DNA of 64,000 bases from Azolla caroliniana (GCA_043228905.1 JBHGNT010000005.1:7502001-7566000); one strand, 5' to 3'. Positions 37,474-49,838 are shown, numbered from the stretch's first letter. Translations and numbers: made by a program. Notes: a model not told the origin generated them from the letters alone.

Positions 37474-38481
37474 TGTCGTGAAGATCCGTCACTACGAGCG
37501 GATCGTGAGGCGGAACCGCCGGGGTTCTGGACCGGAAGGATTCAAAGTTGGTACAAGCTTTGGCGCAAGCTTTAGCGAGAAAGTACTTAAGATAGATTGG
37601 GAAAGAGAGAAGTTGAGATTACACGATTGAGAGAGATTGATTGAACTTTTAACTTTAGATTTAAGAAACAAGTTACACGATCAATTTGATAACGAATTTC
37701 TTCCTCTTAATTTTCATAAAAAAAACCGTGTTTTTTCTCCTCCCCCTTCCCTCTTTTATAGATGCTCTCATGCATATGATGCATGTGAGGGTACAAGACA
37801 TGCATAAATTGCATGTTTGCCATTTGGCGCTTATGTATTACATGTGGTACATGATAACCATGTCACTCATTTTAGTTCTCATGTATGAGAATTTACATGT
37901 AAAAGTACAATGATAGAAATATAATTTTAATTAAATAGCATGGCTTAATGGTAAGCCAATTGACTCTTAACTTGGAGGTGCAAGGTTCGAATCCTTACTT
38001 GCTCTCTGTGTATATGTAAATATGTATATATATTTATATATCTAGTCGTCGGTTCGCCGTATACCGCCGGATCATCGGCTCCGGATTGCCGGTCCGGTTT
38101 TGGTTGGCCAAAACCCTTTACGAGTAGCCAGCCCACCTCCACTCTTAGTTCAAGTTACCTTGAACTCTCTATGCTCTACACATAGACACAAAGATAATAT
38201 CTTTTGCTCCACATTATATATGATGAGAGTTGTATTTGTCGTGCCTATGTGGGATATCTCACAATTTTCTCCTTTCCTTTTACAAACTTTATACCCTTAT
38301 ATCTTGACATTTAGTTGTCCGTTTCTCGTGTAATAAAGTGCATTCGAAACCTCCATCATTTTGTACTTAGATATTAAATCTATTTAAAATGTTATCTTCA
38401 CAATTATTGCACTACGTGATTCATACTCGATTTCGTACGTTTTATGGGATTTTCACACTATTGCCGAAAATCTTCACAACA
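37474..38481 (-). repeat. 5' LTR of the inner element (1008 bp)
   Basis: TG...CA termini; adjacent to the PBS; minus-strand TATAAAA near 37755. Confidence 0.95.
37935..38005 (+). ncRNA. tRNA-derived Pol III A/B-box segment inside the LTR, copy 2 (consensus B box GGTTCGAATCC)
   Basis: AGCA-TGGCTTAATGGTAAGC-CAATTGA-CTCTTAA-CTTGG-AGGTG-CAAGGTTCGAATCCTTA-CTTGCT. Confidence 0.65.
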
Positions 38482-38958
38482 CCGTAACACCCTTTGGTGA
38501 AGTGTCTTAAGTGGACACCTTGTGTTAGGCTGTTGTCCGGCCCTAAGGATTAACAATAAGCTCAAATGCACTATGTATACATAAGCAACTACATGTATAG
38601 GAGCGCACATATTTTTCTAGCTAAAAAATACACAAAATATATGTTCTAAAGTGTACTTAGTAAAAAGTGAAGAGGAAAGTTTGAAGCATGACCACCTACT
38701 AGCATATTTGTAGAATTGTCACAAACCTTCACTAGTAGAGTCACACAATTTCACTTTCCCCATTTGAAGTCCTTGTTGGTCCAACTTGCATTTTTGTGCC
38801 CTCCGCAAATTTTCACAACATCGTACTTCAGATATATGGTTTGCTCAAAGGTCATCCCTCTTTTCCTTTTTCATTCATCACCAACATCATTGTCTCCTCT
38901 TTTCTTTTGGCTTCTTTCTTTTGCCTCAAGTGTTTTTTAGGCATCCACTTGCTCATCA

Positions 38959-39138
38959 ATCCTTTTTATTTCCTCAACAACCAAGATCTTGTAATTTTGG
39001 TAAGCTATTTTGACAAAGCCCACATTCATTCTATTGGGCCTCCCATCCATCCTTTTTATTTCCTCAACAACCAAGATCTTGTAATTTTGGTAAGCTATTT
39101 TGACAAAGCCCACATTCATTCTATTGGGCCTCCCATCC
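38959..39138. repeat. Exact 90-bp tandem duplication
   Basis: The unit ATCCTTTTTATTTCCTCAAC...GGGCCTCCCATCC occurs twice, starting at 38959 and 39049. Confidence 0.9.
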
Positions 39139-39699
39139 GGTTGCCATGTGGAATCTTTTATTGGCCTCCTTTGTTTCGTCACTCTGAAGTTTCTTTAAAA
39201 AAATTGCCTAAAACTCAACCTTGCATGAATTATGACTTCTCGTTTCTTATTCAACTCTAATCCTAGCTAAACTGGAATAATATGTTGCACATTTCTCCTT
39301 TTAGCTTACTCCATGAGCTTCTCCACACCATCATGAATGAAACTCATTTCCGAAGCATGGGGAATCCATTTGTCAAGGAAATTGAGAACATTACAGTATA
39401 ACACATTTTGGAAGTCCTTGTAATTCCTATCTAGTGGTCTAGGGTACCTTTTACAAACCTTGAATGTTGCTGGATGGGAGGTGACCAAAGTTGGACATCT
39501 TTTATATATGATCCTAGAAAATCATTGACAATTTTCCCCTTGACATACCCTTCCACTACCTACATTCTCGATCTTGGCTGGCTGCACATATCGTGTGTCC
39601 CCTGTTCCTAATGAATCTAGGGCCCTCGTACATTGAACCATATTCTCTAATGGATCCAATGTGACAAGAGACAACAAGTCCTTTTAACATCACGTTGAT

Positions 39700-40200
39700 A
39701 TGAAACTAGACCCTCATTGTCCTCCAATAAAATTCCTCTGTCATGTCTATGTTCTACATATAGCACCTTGAGGAACACAAAAACTTTATTTAGTCTAATA
39801 TAATATTGTCAAGTGCCAAGAGCCACCCAAACATTCTTTCAAATTCTTAGGTGGCAGTGAGAACCATTGTTTTCCTTGAAGACTAATTCCCTTTGTCATC
39901 TTAATGGAGTCATTCAGAGCATATTCTTTTAACAATAATCCTTTAAAAGTTTTCCAGCTTGGGTTGGTTGTTTGAAGTTTGAGTAGTCAAGCTTAAAGGA
40001 TCATTGTCACAACTTTTGCAAAAGTGTTGAGTCGTCTAGCCTCAATTGTACCTCTCATATCCATGTCTACTTTAAATGCTTCAACAAAGTAGGAGAAATC
40101 CCTTGTGTCAAAATGGTTGATGGTCTCCACAATCCTTTCTATGGCCATGTCAAATCCCCTCATGTTGCCCATTCCTAAAGCACACAACCCATCATCATTG
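39700..40200 (-). pseudogene. Old gag remnant related to the inner element family
   Basis: AIERIVETINHFDTRDFSYFVEAFKVDMDMRGTIEARRLNTFAKVV aligns by eye with inner Gag AVDRVVELEGQFDGRNVTKFLDAYRREMNQRDVSGARQIASFKRVV. Confidence 0.7.
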
Positions 40201-40877
40201 GTACCATCCTCAGAATGTTTTCATTAGATTTGTGGTCTTGCCATATTCCCCTATCGCTCTTTCTCATGAAGTTAACCAAGATGTCATGGGAATACATGTG
40301 CATGCTGTGAAATGTGAATGTGATCACCATGATTTTGAACCAAGGGCAATGGGCTTGAAGATGTTTTCTTTAGAGTTTGCCAAAGTTGGATGTTCGAGAT
40401 GGTACGAAAACATGCACCCAAATATTTCTCCTTTTAGTATGTGAGGGAACACTTAAAAGTTCCCCATAATAACGTGTGTGCATATGGAAGTGTGAGATTT
40501 CCTATTTTAACGAGTGATTGTATTGTCATAATTCGAGCGAGAATGTGTGCACCGAAGCTGAAGCTGGTGCGCAAGTGTATGTTCACTTATGATAGCTGTG
40601 TTCATGTATCTTGTATCTACAACAAGGTGGGGCCGTCCCCGGATGAGCTCCTTTCTAAATTGAGGCGAGGAATGTCCGACACGAGATGCTTATGGACGGA
40701 CAGATTGGACGGTCCAGTGACGGGTTTTACCAGATGAGCACATGTGTGGGTCAGGGACATGGGTGAGAATTACTGGGAAAGCAAAGGGGGGTATGGTATG
40801 TAATTACCTAATCCCATTCCTTTTCATTAATCATGTAATGCCCCTTTTTTAAAATAACTGTGTCCAGCCCTCCTTAA

Positions 40878-40886
40878 TTAGGGTTT
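40878..40886 (-). promoter_or_regulatory. Telo-box (AAACCCTAA) upstream of TMCO1
   Basis: TTAGGGTTT on the plus strand, about 95 bp upstream of the ATG. Confidence 0.5.
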
Positions 40887-40979
40887 CCGTCTGTTTCTGT
40901 CGCACCCTTCTTTTATACATATTTCTCCTATCATATCGATCTATTTGTTTATATCTATCCCTAATCTCTGCTTTTAGCT

Positions 40980-41600
40980 ATGGCGCTCTCGCTCCGTTAC
41001 ATCGACAGTGTCATAATTCTCTCGATCTCCTGCGCCACCGCCTTGATCTGCGAGGCCATCTCATGGATCCTCATCTACAGAACAAACTCCTACAAAAGCC
41101 TTCGATCCACCATTGATAAAGCTTCAAGAAAGCTCGAACTAATGAAAGGGACGGGGTCTTCTGCCGTATCTTCCTCCTCCTCCTCCTCCTCATCGTTGTC
41201 ATCATCTTCTTCATTTTCTTCTGTTTCCAAGAGTTCTAAAGGTAAAAAGATGGATCGATTAGAGACAAGTTTGAAGGAATCAAATCGCGATCTTTCTTTC
41301 TCGAAGTTCAAATCAGGAGGAGTTGTGGCCATAGTTCTTCTGGTTGTCTTCGGTCTTCTCAACTCTCTCTTTGAAGGCAAGGTTGTGGCGAAGCTTCCTT
41401 TCGCTCCTTTACCTTTTATTCAGAGAATGAGCCATCGCGGTCTCGGTGGTGATGATCCAACAGACTGTGCCATGGTTTTTCTCTACTTCTTATGTTCTGT
41501 TAGTATTAGATCAAACCTTCAGAAACTGCTAGGGTTTGCTCCGCCCCGAAACGCCGCTAGTGGTGGCATATTTGCCATACCTGATTCTAAGACTAAGTAA
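40980..41600 (+). CDS. TMCO1: TMCO1 (calcium load-activated Ca2+ channel / ER Oxa1-family insertase subunit), intronless CDS, 206 aa
   Basis: Motifs CEAISWILIYRT, SLFEGKVVAKLPF, MSHRGLGGDDPTDC and FLYFLCSVSIRSNLQKLLGFAPPR. Confidence 0.95.
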   Translation: MALSLRYIDSVIILSISCATALICEAISWILIYRTNSYKSLRSTIDKASRKLELMKGTGSSAVSSSSSSSSSLSSSSSFSSVSKSSKGKKMDRLETSLKESNRDLSFSKFKSGGVVAIVLLVVFGLLNSLFEGKVVAKLPFAPLPFIQRMSHRGLGGDDPTDCAMVFLYFLCSVSIRSNLQKLLGFAPPRNAASGGIFAIPDSKTK

Positions 41601-42629
41601 AGTAAAAGAAAATGCAAGGTATAACTATGTCTGCTAGTCTCTGTCATATTTTTGACACTTTTGGAGATTGTCTGTACGATGATTCCTCTATGAATCCATA
41701 ATTGTCAATTTGATATTGTCCTGCAAATATTTTACTCTGGTTCCATCTTATCGAGTTAAAAAATTTATTTTTGTATGCACTTTAGAGAATAGCAGGTTTG
41801 ATGTCTAATTCATTCGGTAGAGTTCCAACATCAATCTCGAAATTCATTACCTAGAGTCGAAATGTTGATCAATGGATCCATTTAGCAGCGTTTGAACTTT
41901 GTTCAATGAGTCGATTTAGTAAAGATAATCTTCGAATACATTCGCAGAGTTCCAGAGCAGGCTTATTTTCTAAAGGTTTGAGTAAAAGGAAACAGAGTTA
42001 ATACTTTGATCATTGAATAAATTGCACAAAGTTTAAATAATCTCCATTTGAAATTTGAGAATTTCCATTCACTACTGTGGATTTAACATTATTGACATAC
42101 TTTGAGTTTTGTATATGTTCTGAATCTGTTGAATGAAGTAGGAATGCTAAAGAATCTGTATTTGAGTTTTAGATTATATTTCTCCTGATTTAGGCAGTGG
42201 ATATTTTCCAAGTGGAAGAGTTAATCATGAATGGAGTTTGGTATGATCTCTGTTCTTAATAAATTTCAAATGTTGCACTATGGATCCCATTAATTGCGAT
42301 GTTAAAGCTGGATTCAAGAAACAAGGAGCCACAAGTCCCATTATCATCAAGTGCTTGCTGATCTGTGGATCCATTTAGTGGCAATTGATGCAAATCCCAA
42401 TTAGTATATTTGAATGCTGCGATTGGCAATCTTCGATTAAGATTATGCTTACCTATTGAATATACCTTTTTTCTATTGATGAGGTTCTTCAGGATGTCGA
42501 ATGTATCGAGCTACTCAAAGTCATCCAAAGGTGAAATAGGATATGTTTTCCATATTTTTAAGCCTAATAATTGGTAAGAATAAACTCCAATAAAATCTAT
42601 GCCGCCCATAGTTAGTCGCTAACTCTTGG

Positions 42630-43300
42630 AAACCAGACCCGTGTTGATTTGGAGAGTGCTCATCGAGCACAAATCCGGCTACGAGTTTATGGAAATGTCC
42701 TTTGTGATGGTCATGGTCGATGGTATGTTGGTCGTGACAAGGGATTCAATTGCAACCAGAACCACAATTTCAAAATCAAAAGTAGATTTAGTGGGAGAGT
42801 TGACTAGCCAAATATAATTGGGACTGGTTGGTGAAGCCATGGGTGATGGAGTTGGCAGAACTCGTCCATGTGGTTACTCTCACCCACATAAATATTAGGG
42901 AGTTCTCCAACATTATTAGTAGTAGCAATGTGTAAAGCTTATATTCCAATTTGCTTCCATACCAATGCTTGGATTTAGGTGTTGTATGTTCTTTTGAATT
43001 TGCCCAAAGGCTTTGCATTCTTCATTGATTTTTGGGGTGTACATCTATAGTAGTTGCAATGAAGTTGGTCTCTGGTCCCTTCTCATTATCCATTGAAGTA
43101 TTTAATTTGGTTGCATTAGAAGCACCGGATCTATGAGTGGAGATTGGTAGGGGTTAGTTTGTTAGTCAATGTACAAGCATCCTAAGGTGCAACAAGGTGT
43201 AGGAAGTGGTGGATTTGTGTATTGATCCTATTAATCATGTGGTCTTTTTTGGTTGGTGGTGATAAGCATGATCCTTATGTCAACCACACCAATCTTTATG
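42630..43300 (-). mobile_element. Degraded LINE 3' portion, possibly continuing the 46740-47800 fragment
   Basis: The minus-strand STLQINTG-like peptide resembles the LINE ORF2 C-terminal SHxLxIETG motif. Weak evidence. Confidence 0.3.
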
Positions 43301-43320
43301 TTTTTAGTGATCTCATCGAT

Positions 43321-43424
43321 CACATGATAGTGATTGAATCATTGTTCTAGTGACAAGTCTTCACTCTCAAAGCACATGATAGTGATTGAATCATTGTTCT
43401 AGTGACAAGTCTTCACTCTCAAAG
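43321..43424. repeat. Exact 52-bp tandem duplication
   Basis: CACATGATAGTGATTGAATC...CACTCTCAAAG occurs twice. Confidence 0.9.
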
Positions 43425-44448
43425 CGTTATTGTAGTGAGCTTAATGATGGGATCTCCAATGTGATGGGAAAAGGGTGTGAAAATACCAATTGACAAGCAA
43501 GCACAAAAAAGCTGAATTGTTTACTTTTTCCATAATGTTAATTAATATGGGAATGCAAATACAAAAACTTCCTAGAAAATCTAGGGGCATACCAATTCAA
43601 CAAATTGAATTATAGCGTCAAAGCCCGATATTACGTCATGTTGGAATCATGAAACCATGCTCAATGTTCAATATTCTACTTTCACCCACACTTACTACTA
43701 TGTAGTACAAAGAAAGGACGAAGCTTTGCGTATGTGAGCAATGCTTGAGATAGATGGAAAAGTGAATCTCATGACTCTTTAGCAGAGGTCAAAAGTTAGG
43801 TTTTTGGTGTGGGTCAAAATTAAGGTTGTCTCAAGCTTCCTCATTCACTCTATGCCTCTAGTTGTCGTTCTATATCTCTATATTGTTCTCACTTTGTTTC
43901 TCTCCCCCTCTCTATGAATGAGGCTTTTTTGCAATGTCAATATATCATGAAATGGGAACAATGTGGAAGCTTACGCCTCACATATTATACTACATATGTT
44001 ACACCCAACTACAAAACCATATTCCTTGTTGAGCAGGGAAACCTTACAAGTCAATACATGTTAGAGCCCATTCTTTTGTGATCTAAACAATTGCTTCCAT
44101 GCAACTTAGCTCACAATCACTATGATGTGAGATAGGGAGTTGGGGCACAAGCGATGAGAGTAGATGACTAACTATTACACTTTGCCCTAAACAAATTAGG
44201 GAGTCCGAGTATCACACTTTGATACAATGCTTGGCCTTTGATCACATTTGACTATGTTTTCCACACATTTTTGTCCAAACCCAATCCTTGCACAAATTTC
44301 TCTCATAGTTACAATTTGCACTCTCGATTGCAACATTCATTTGGAACGTTCTTGAACATCAAGATTCGTTATTCATATTCACATGCATTACATGAAAATG
44401 TTAGATTTTTGTCCTCACAGGTAATATTTGACCTTCAAAGACGAGAAT

Positions 44449-44452
<4 letters not shown>

Positions 44453-44495
<43 letters not shown>
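44453..44495. repeat. (CT)n microsatellite
   Basis: About 21 TC units directly visible. Confidence 0.95.
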
Positions 44496-44496
<1 letters not shown>

Positions 44497-44499
44497 AAG

Positions 44500-46710
44500 A
44501 TGGAAATGTAGGCAAATAGGGACACATGACTTATGGGACTAATCCAAGTCTTCTACGACTATGCTTTTGGAATTGCAATGAATACCCATGGAATGCGGGA
44601 TTTGGCATTGAGGAGTTCACCAATGACTCAGGTATCATACTTCTTGTTGAAACATGAGAGCATGATACACAAAGGATTCAAGGTTTAGGAAACTATAATG
44701 TACACTCTTTAATATAGAATATGTGTCAATCATAAAAAATGATGAGCATAAATGTTACATATGGTTCAAAATAGAAACACCTAATGATTTGCTCAATTTC
44801 GTAGTTGGATGTTAAATTCCTCATTAAGATTCTAACTTTTATGTTTGTTTTGATAAAGACCAAACTTTTGCCAACCTAGAAATTGATATTTCTTATTTCA
44901 AATTCAAAGAGAAGGTTATTGTCTTTGGTGACATGATGCCCGTACAAGAAGTTTCCAACTTGATGCACAACAATCTTTCATACCAAATATCTCAAGGATA
45001 CAAGATGATATACAAATGTATAGTTGGTCTTCTGTTAATGAAAAAGATCTGAACCAATTTGGGAAGTTACTCCTACAAATGTGCAATAGTACTAGAATGC
45101 TTATTGTAAATGGTTATCTTTATGGTCCAACACTAATGGTTTTACATGTAGAAAACACAATGGAAATAGTGATCGACTATGTGCTACTTTTCAAAGGTAT
45201 TTTGAATCACATACATAAATTCTCACTCCATGAATAGACATCAGAATTTGATCATAGAACTTTATGTATTGACCTCAAATTGTATGCATAGGTTTGATTG
45301 TGAGAAGGCTATTAAAGATAATAAACAACCATACTTGAGCATGAACCTTAAGGGAGCAACCGTGTATTCCAAGATAGTTGACGATAGGTTACTAATGATA
45401 GAGATACAACATAGTACCACAATAGAATGCAAATGGGAAGCTTTCAAGAAAGTCATTCTCTTGTGCACATACAAATGCTTTTTGACCAAGAATACATCTT
45501 GGAAATGCATCAAGAAATGTATTTCAAAGAAAAAATGGTTTGATAAAGAATGTCATGAAGCTCGAAAGCGCGTTATGATTTTGGATGTAGTTAAGGATAA
45601 AGAAAATTATCAAAAGCATTTGCATGATTACAAAAGGCTTATTCAAAGAAAGAGAAGAATATGGGAAGTTACTCAACAATTTCTTCAAACACAAAAAAAG
45701 CACATGCATGTGCTAAATTTTGGGGAAATGTAAAGGGAGAAATGTGTTGAGAGCTATGGTGACTTAACTCTTCTTGACTTGTCAATGCATTGTAAGAACT
45801 CATATGAGCTATCTATTGCCGAAAAGATGATCTATTATGGTTTTCTTTCACATATGTCTCCCTTCTTTACAATTGAAGACATATGCATAGGACTTGGAAA
45901 TTGGCCTCTCGAAAGACAAACAATCTTCAATGTATAAAAGTTTAAATTCACAAATGGACGGGAAAGGAAGCACACACATTTATAAGTGATATATTTAATC
46001 ATGCATTTTTAGAACTTATATGAGCTATATATTGCCGAATATGATGTGTTATGGTTCTCTTTCACATATGTGTTCCTTCTTTACAATTGAAGATATATTC
46101 ATAGGACTTAAGAAATTGGCCTCTCTAATGGCAAAACTATTTAGATGGATAATAGAATCAAAGCTAAGTGCATGGGTTGAAAAAAAATGGTAAGAGAGCT
46201 TATGGACAAGTTGGCTTTCAAAAACAACATCACCATCAATCATCTTGACATCCTTCAAGTATTAATGGAAGAAAGTTGCTTGAGAGGTAAAGGTTTATAT
46301 TGTTGCTTTGTAGACTTAAAGAAAGCATTTGATATTGTACCCCATGAGCCCATGAGGATATTTGGAGGCAAATGAAAGAACTTGAGGTGCCAAGTGAATA
46401 TATGCTTGCAATTTCTCGAATCTATGAGAAGGTTATATATGTTATGTGCGTATGGGTAATAGACTCAAGAAATTGAGTGTGGGTCCTCAAGAAATACCTT
46501 TTCGACATTTTGATGACATCGGTGCTTCTTCTCTATGGGGTAGTTGCATCCCATAATCTACTTGGAAAGAGTTTGAAAATGTTCAAAAGCATTTTCTTAC
46601 AAAGGTTTACAAGTTAAGAAACAAACACTATATACCCTCCTCCTACTTGAGACAAGATCACTTCCCATTGAGATCATGGCCATGGAACGGGTTGTGGACT
46701 TTGCCCAATT
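44500..46710 (+). mobile_element. Degraded non-LTR retrotransposon (APE endonuclease plus RT, internally deleted)
   Basis: Motifs FWNCN, IILLVET, VFGD, WFDKECHEAR and RT CFVDLKKAFDIVPH, with many stops and frameshifts. Confidence 0.8.
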
Positions 46711-46739
46711 ATGAGTTTATTTAGTAGAAGTTGATGAGA

Positions 46740-47800
46740 ATGTCATTGATGTGGGGTCTTTACCTATAAGGAAGGAAGAGTAAACATGGTTGAATTGGCA
46801 TTTTTGGTGTAAGACCCACCCTTTGCAAGGGAGACTAATAATATATTGTGCCATGGTGCTCTATGGAATCATTTGATGGTTATTGTCTACAATTGGGCAA
46901 GAATTGCATCTAAGTAGGTTTGATAATGGATGGTAGTGGATCTTTCATTGTAGTTGGCACTCTAAATTTCTTTCTAAAAAATGTCTTATTTGAGGAGTGA
47001 TGATTGGGGTCTACCTTATGTATTAAGTCTAAAGATGCATGAGTTGGCAACAAGCAATGGTTTTTTCCACTCTACTCAACTAGAAGGTTAGAAGTTGATA
47101 GTCTTGGTTGTTTAATGTTAGTTCTACTAGCTTGTAAGTTTTAGACGCTTTTGTCACTTTGTTATTGATGCCAAGATAGTTAATATTTGTGTGAGTTATA
47201 TACATGCCAACCCAAGAGCATCCAATGTCTTAATACGATGAACATATCGATGATAGGCAATCAAATATCACTGTCGCTCATACCAACCACATTAGTTTCT
47301 TTGAAGCATAATTATATAGATAAAAAATGTGAGCAAAGAGGGCATCCTTGCTTGGCCCGTACATTCCTTGTGAAAGCATTTGGATAACTACAAGATATCC
47401 AGGTTTATCTTGGACATCCATTCTCATGTAGCTTGTATGGTTGTATATGAAGTTTAGTTAGGACTCAAATGTTTGTTATTCTCTCACATAGGTTTTCTCT
47501 CGGAACTGTCAAATGCTTTCTTAGATTTTACGAAGCAACAATCAAGTGGCGCGTCCATCATTACCTTTAGGTTTTTTGGATTTATATATTGTCCCATGTT
47601 TGATTTTGCATCCAACCAATCTCCTTAGCTCCTTTTACATCCATGCATGTCACATTCCACTATATCAAAGTAAATAACTATAACATTATAGAACTAACCA
47701 TGACTATGTAAAAGTTGGTTAGTAACAATTGTCACCTTCCTACATCGCCTTAATCCAATATTCTTGTTGGTCTATGATTTAGGCCTTAAAGCAATTCCTT
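46740..47800 (-). mobile_element. Degraded LINE RT fragment in the opposite orientation
   Basis: Minus-strand CFVKSKKAFD near 47510-47545 and QGCPL near 47335-47350. Confidence 0.7.
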
Positions 47801-48309
47801 CATCATATATGAGAGAGTGTGCCTAAATTTTGTACATCACAATTTTAATTGGCCATCTTATGCAATCCATTGATCATACTTTTGAGAGATCTATTTTCAA
47901 TATACACAATAGATCAATTGCAAGGACTGAACTTGGGTTCTCTCATTTTTATGACATTGGTGCTACGATGTAAATCAAGAGTTGGTAAGCTTTCCACTCG
48001 AAAACACAAAATCATACAATCAACATTATTCGGTCTTGGAAATCAAATGATTATAAAGATAGTAATAGAAGGTCGATCATGATGGCATTTAATTCAAGGA
48101 ATTTTCTGTGTGCTAATATACTAAAACTTGAAACATAGCGCACAAATCTTTGATTTCATCTCAAATTTTATTTTTTTTCAAAACAAATTATCCTTCCATT
48201 AGTTTAAAAAAAGGCATATCAGCTACAAACTACAAAATAGGTGGAAAAGAAACGATTATCCTTCCCAAGCCCGTCTTGTGTAAGACAATGGCTAGCCATG
48301 GATCCTTAT

Positions 48310-48846
48310 TTAACTGAGATCCATCTCAAAATCTAATTCCATTTCAGTATTTACTACCAATTCTCCCATGTTGTCACATGCTTTCAACATACTAGAAAAT
48401 ATCATCATATTAGGTAAGAGACCTTGCACAAGCATTCGAGGATAGAGTTGTATCGCATCCTCATTCTTATCATGCTCAATATAGCCCAATAACATGGCAG
48501 GCCATTGTACCACATCTCCAACCAGCAATAAATCATCAAAAAGCTCTCGGGCTTCAATTATTGCTCCACATTTACGGTACCAACAAAAAGGATCTTTTTC
48601 CAATCCTTCTTTTGCGTTCACCAAAGCATTGTTAAGCACAATAGTCTCCCCAATGAAGAGAACTTTATTTATACTCTCATCATGAATCTTTTCCCCTTTT
48701 ACAATAGATCCAGTGTTTCCACAAGCCTTCAAGATGCAAATATATGTGATCCTATATGGTGAGAGACCCCCACTTGCATCTTTTGGAAATAGTTCATTGC
48801 TTCGTAACCATTTTTGTATTGAGCATACCCAAAATGAGTGATTCAA
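48310..48846 (-). pseudogene. Degenerate PLS-PPR gene fragment
   Basis: ITYICILKACGNTGS, KCGAIIEARELFD and VVQWPAMLLGY; motifs are broken, with no targeting region or E domain. Confidence 0.75.
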
Positions 48847-49838
48847 AGATTTCGCCTCAATTTCATTAACTCATAATGCTTAAAACTTGTTGTATTATGA
48901 CATTGGAAACTAGTATGAAAAGATATAAGCGCATCCAAACAAAGGTAATGTTGGCAATGTAAATAGCATTCCAACATTCCAAAATGTGTAGATTTAATCC
49001 TTATCATAGAAGCACATGAATGCATATTTCATTGACTCTAGATAAAATATGGTAAACAAATTTTGTGATTGCTCAAAAGTTTCTTAAAACTTGTGAAGGA
49101 TTAATACTTGCTATTAGGACTAGCCATACTACATTGAATAACCTTGATAAGCACACATCATTAAGGGGTTAGAGATACATCAAAGTATCAGACTCATTAA
49201 CAAAGGCATTTGACTTTGCCATTGATTGGTTGCCATTAATTCAATGTAAGGAAGTTTCCAAACACAAAAGCACAATGCTAACGGGTCAAAAGCCTGAATA
49301 TCTTGTCAAAGGTTCAATTGACAACTCATTTTTTAAGATTTTGTTGGTTGCAATTGCATGCATGAAGAAGGTTCATTTGATGTCTCCTTCACTCTAATGC
49401 AATGCCCTAAAGGTTCATTTGATAGACAATCTCTACATATTTATATTGATATTACTTTATAGGGCCTCTAAATTGCTACGCAGCATTTCCAACACACATT
49501 CTTTTGTTTATGATCTCATGAGTCACATGTAGAGAGAGACACCAATGTACGGACTAACATGATGCATCATGGGTTTGAGAAATTCCTTGTGGTATCTATA
49601 CATTGGGTTTCCAGAGAGCTTGCGATATGCGTGTCTTACACATATCAAGGGCAATAGGCTAGAAACGTTTTAGTTGTGCAACATCTTGAGTTGCGAAACC
49701 TAGAGCCATTTCTTTATATTGTGACGACTCCTCACTTATGAAGCATTTTTGACATGCATGATAAGTATCAAAAATAGGGTGAAAATGTGTTCATTTATCC
49801 TCACGATTGTGGTACTGGTCCCGAGTGTATGACAAAAA

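Larger units (their letters stand above)
30611..38481 (-). mobile_element. Inner, younger Ty3/gypsy LTR retrotransposon (Phygy-like / fungal Ylt1-like pol) nested in the 3' LTR of the outer element
   Basis: LTRs at 30611-31654 and 37474-38481 with 12-bp inverted termini TGTCGTGAAGAT/ATCTTCACGACA. 4-bp TSD TCGT/CCGT (the uninterrupted 5' LTR reads CCGT). PBS and a G-rich PPT are present; gag, PR and pol are on the minus strand. Confidence 0.96.
20652..38555 (+). mobile_element. Outer Ty3/gypsy non-chromoviral (Athila/Tat-related) LTR retrotransposon, decayed; 3' LTR interrupted by a nested element
   Basis: 5' LTR 20652-21112 (TGTTA...TAACA). The 3' LTR is split into 30236-30610 and 38486-38555. 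TSD ATAAG at 20647-20651 and 38556-38560. Domain order gag-PR-RT-RH-INT plus an extra ORF. Confidence 0.95.

Noticed and set aside
37935-38005. Functional tRNA-Lys gene
   Set aside because: Anticodon and acceptor stems do not pair properly; kept only as tRNA-derived.
38959-39138. CRISPR-like direct repeats (also 43321-43424 and the MITE AACCG arrays)
   Set aside because: Adjacent tandem duplications with no spacers and no cas genes, in eukaryotic DNA.
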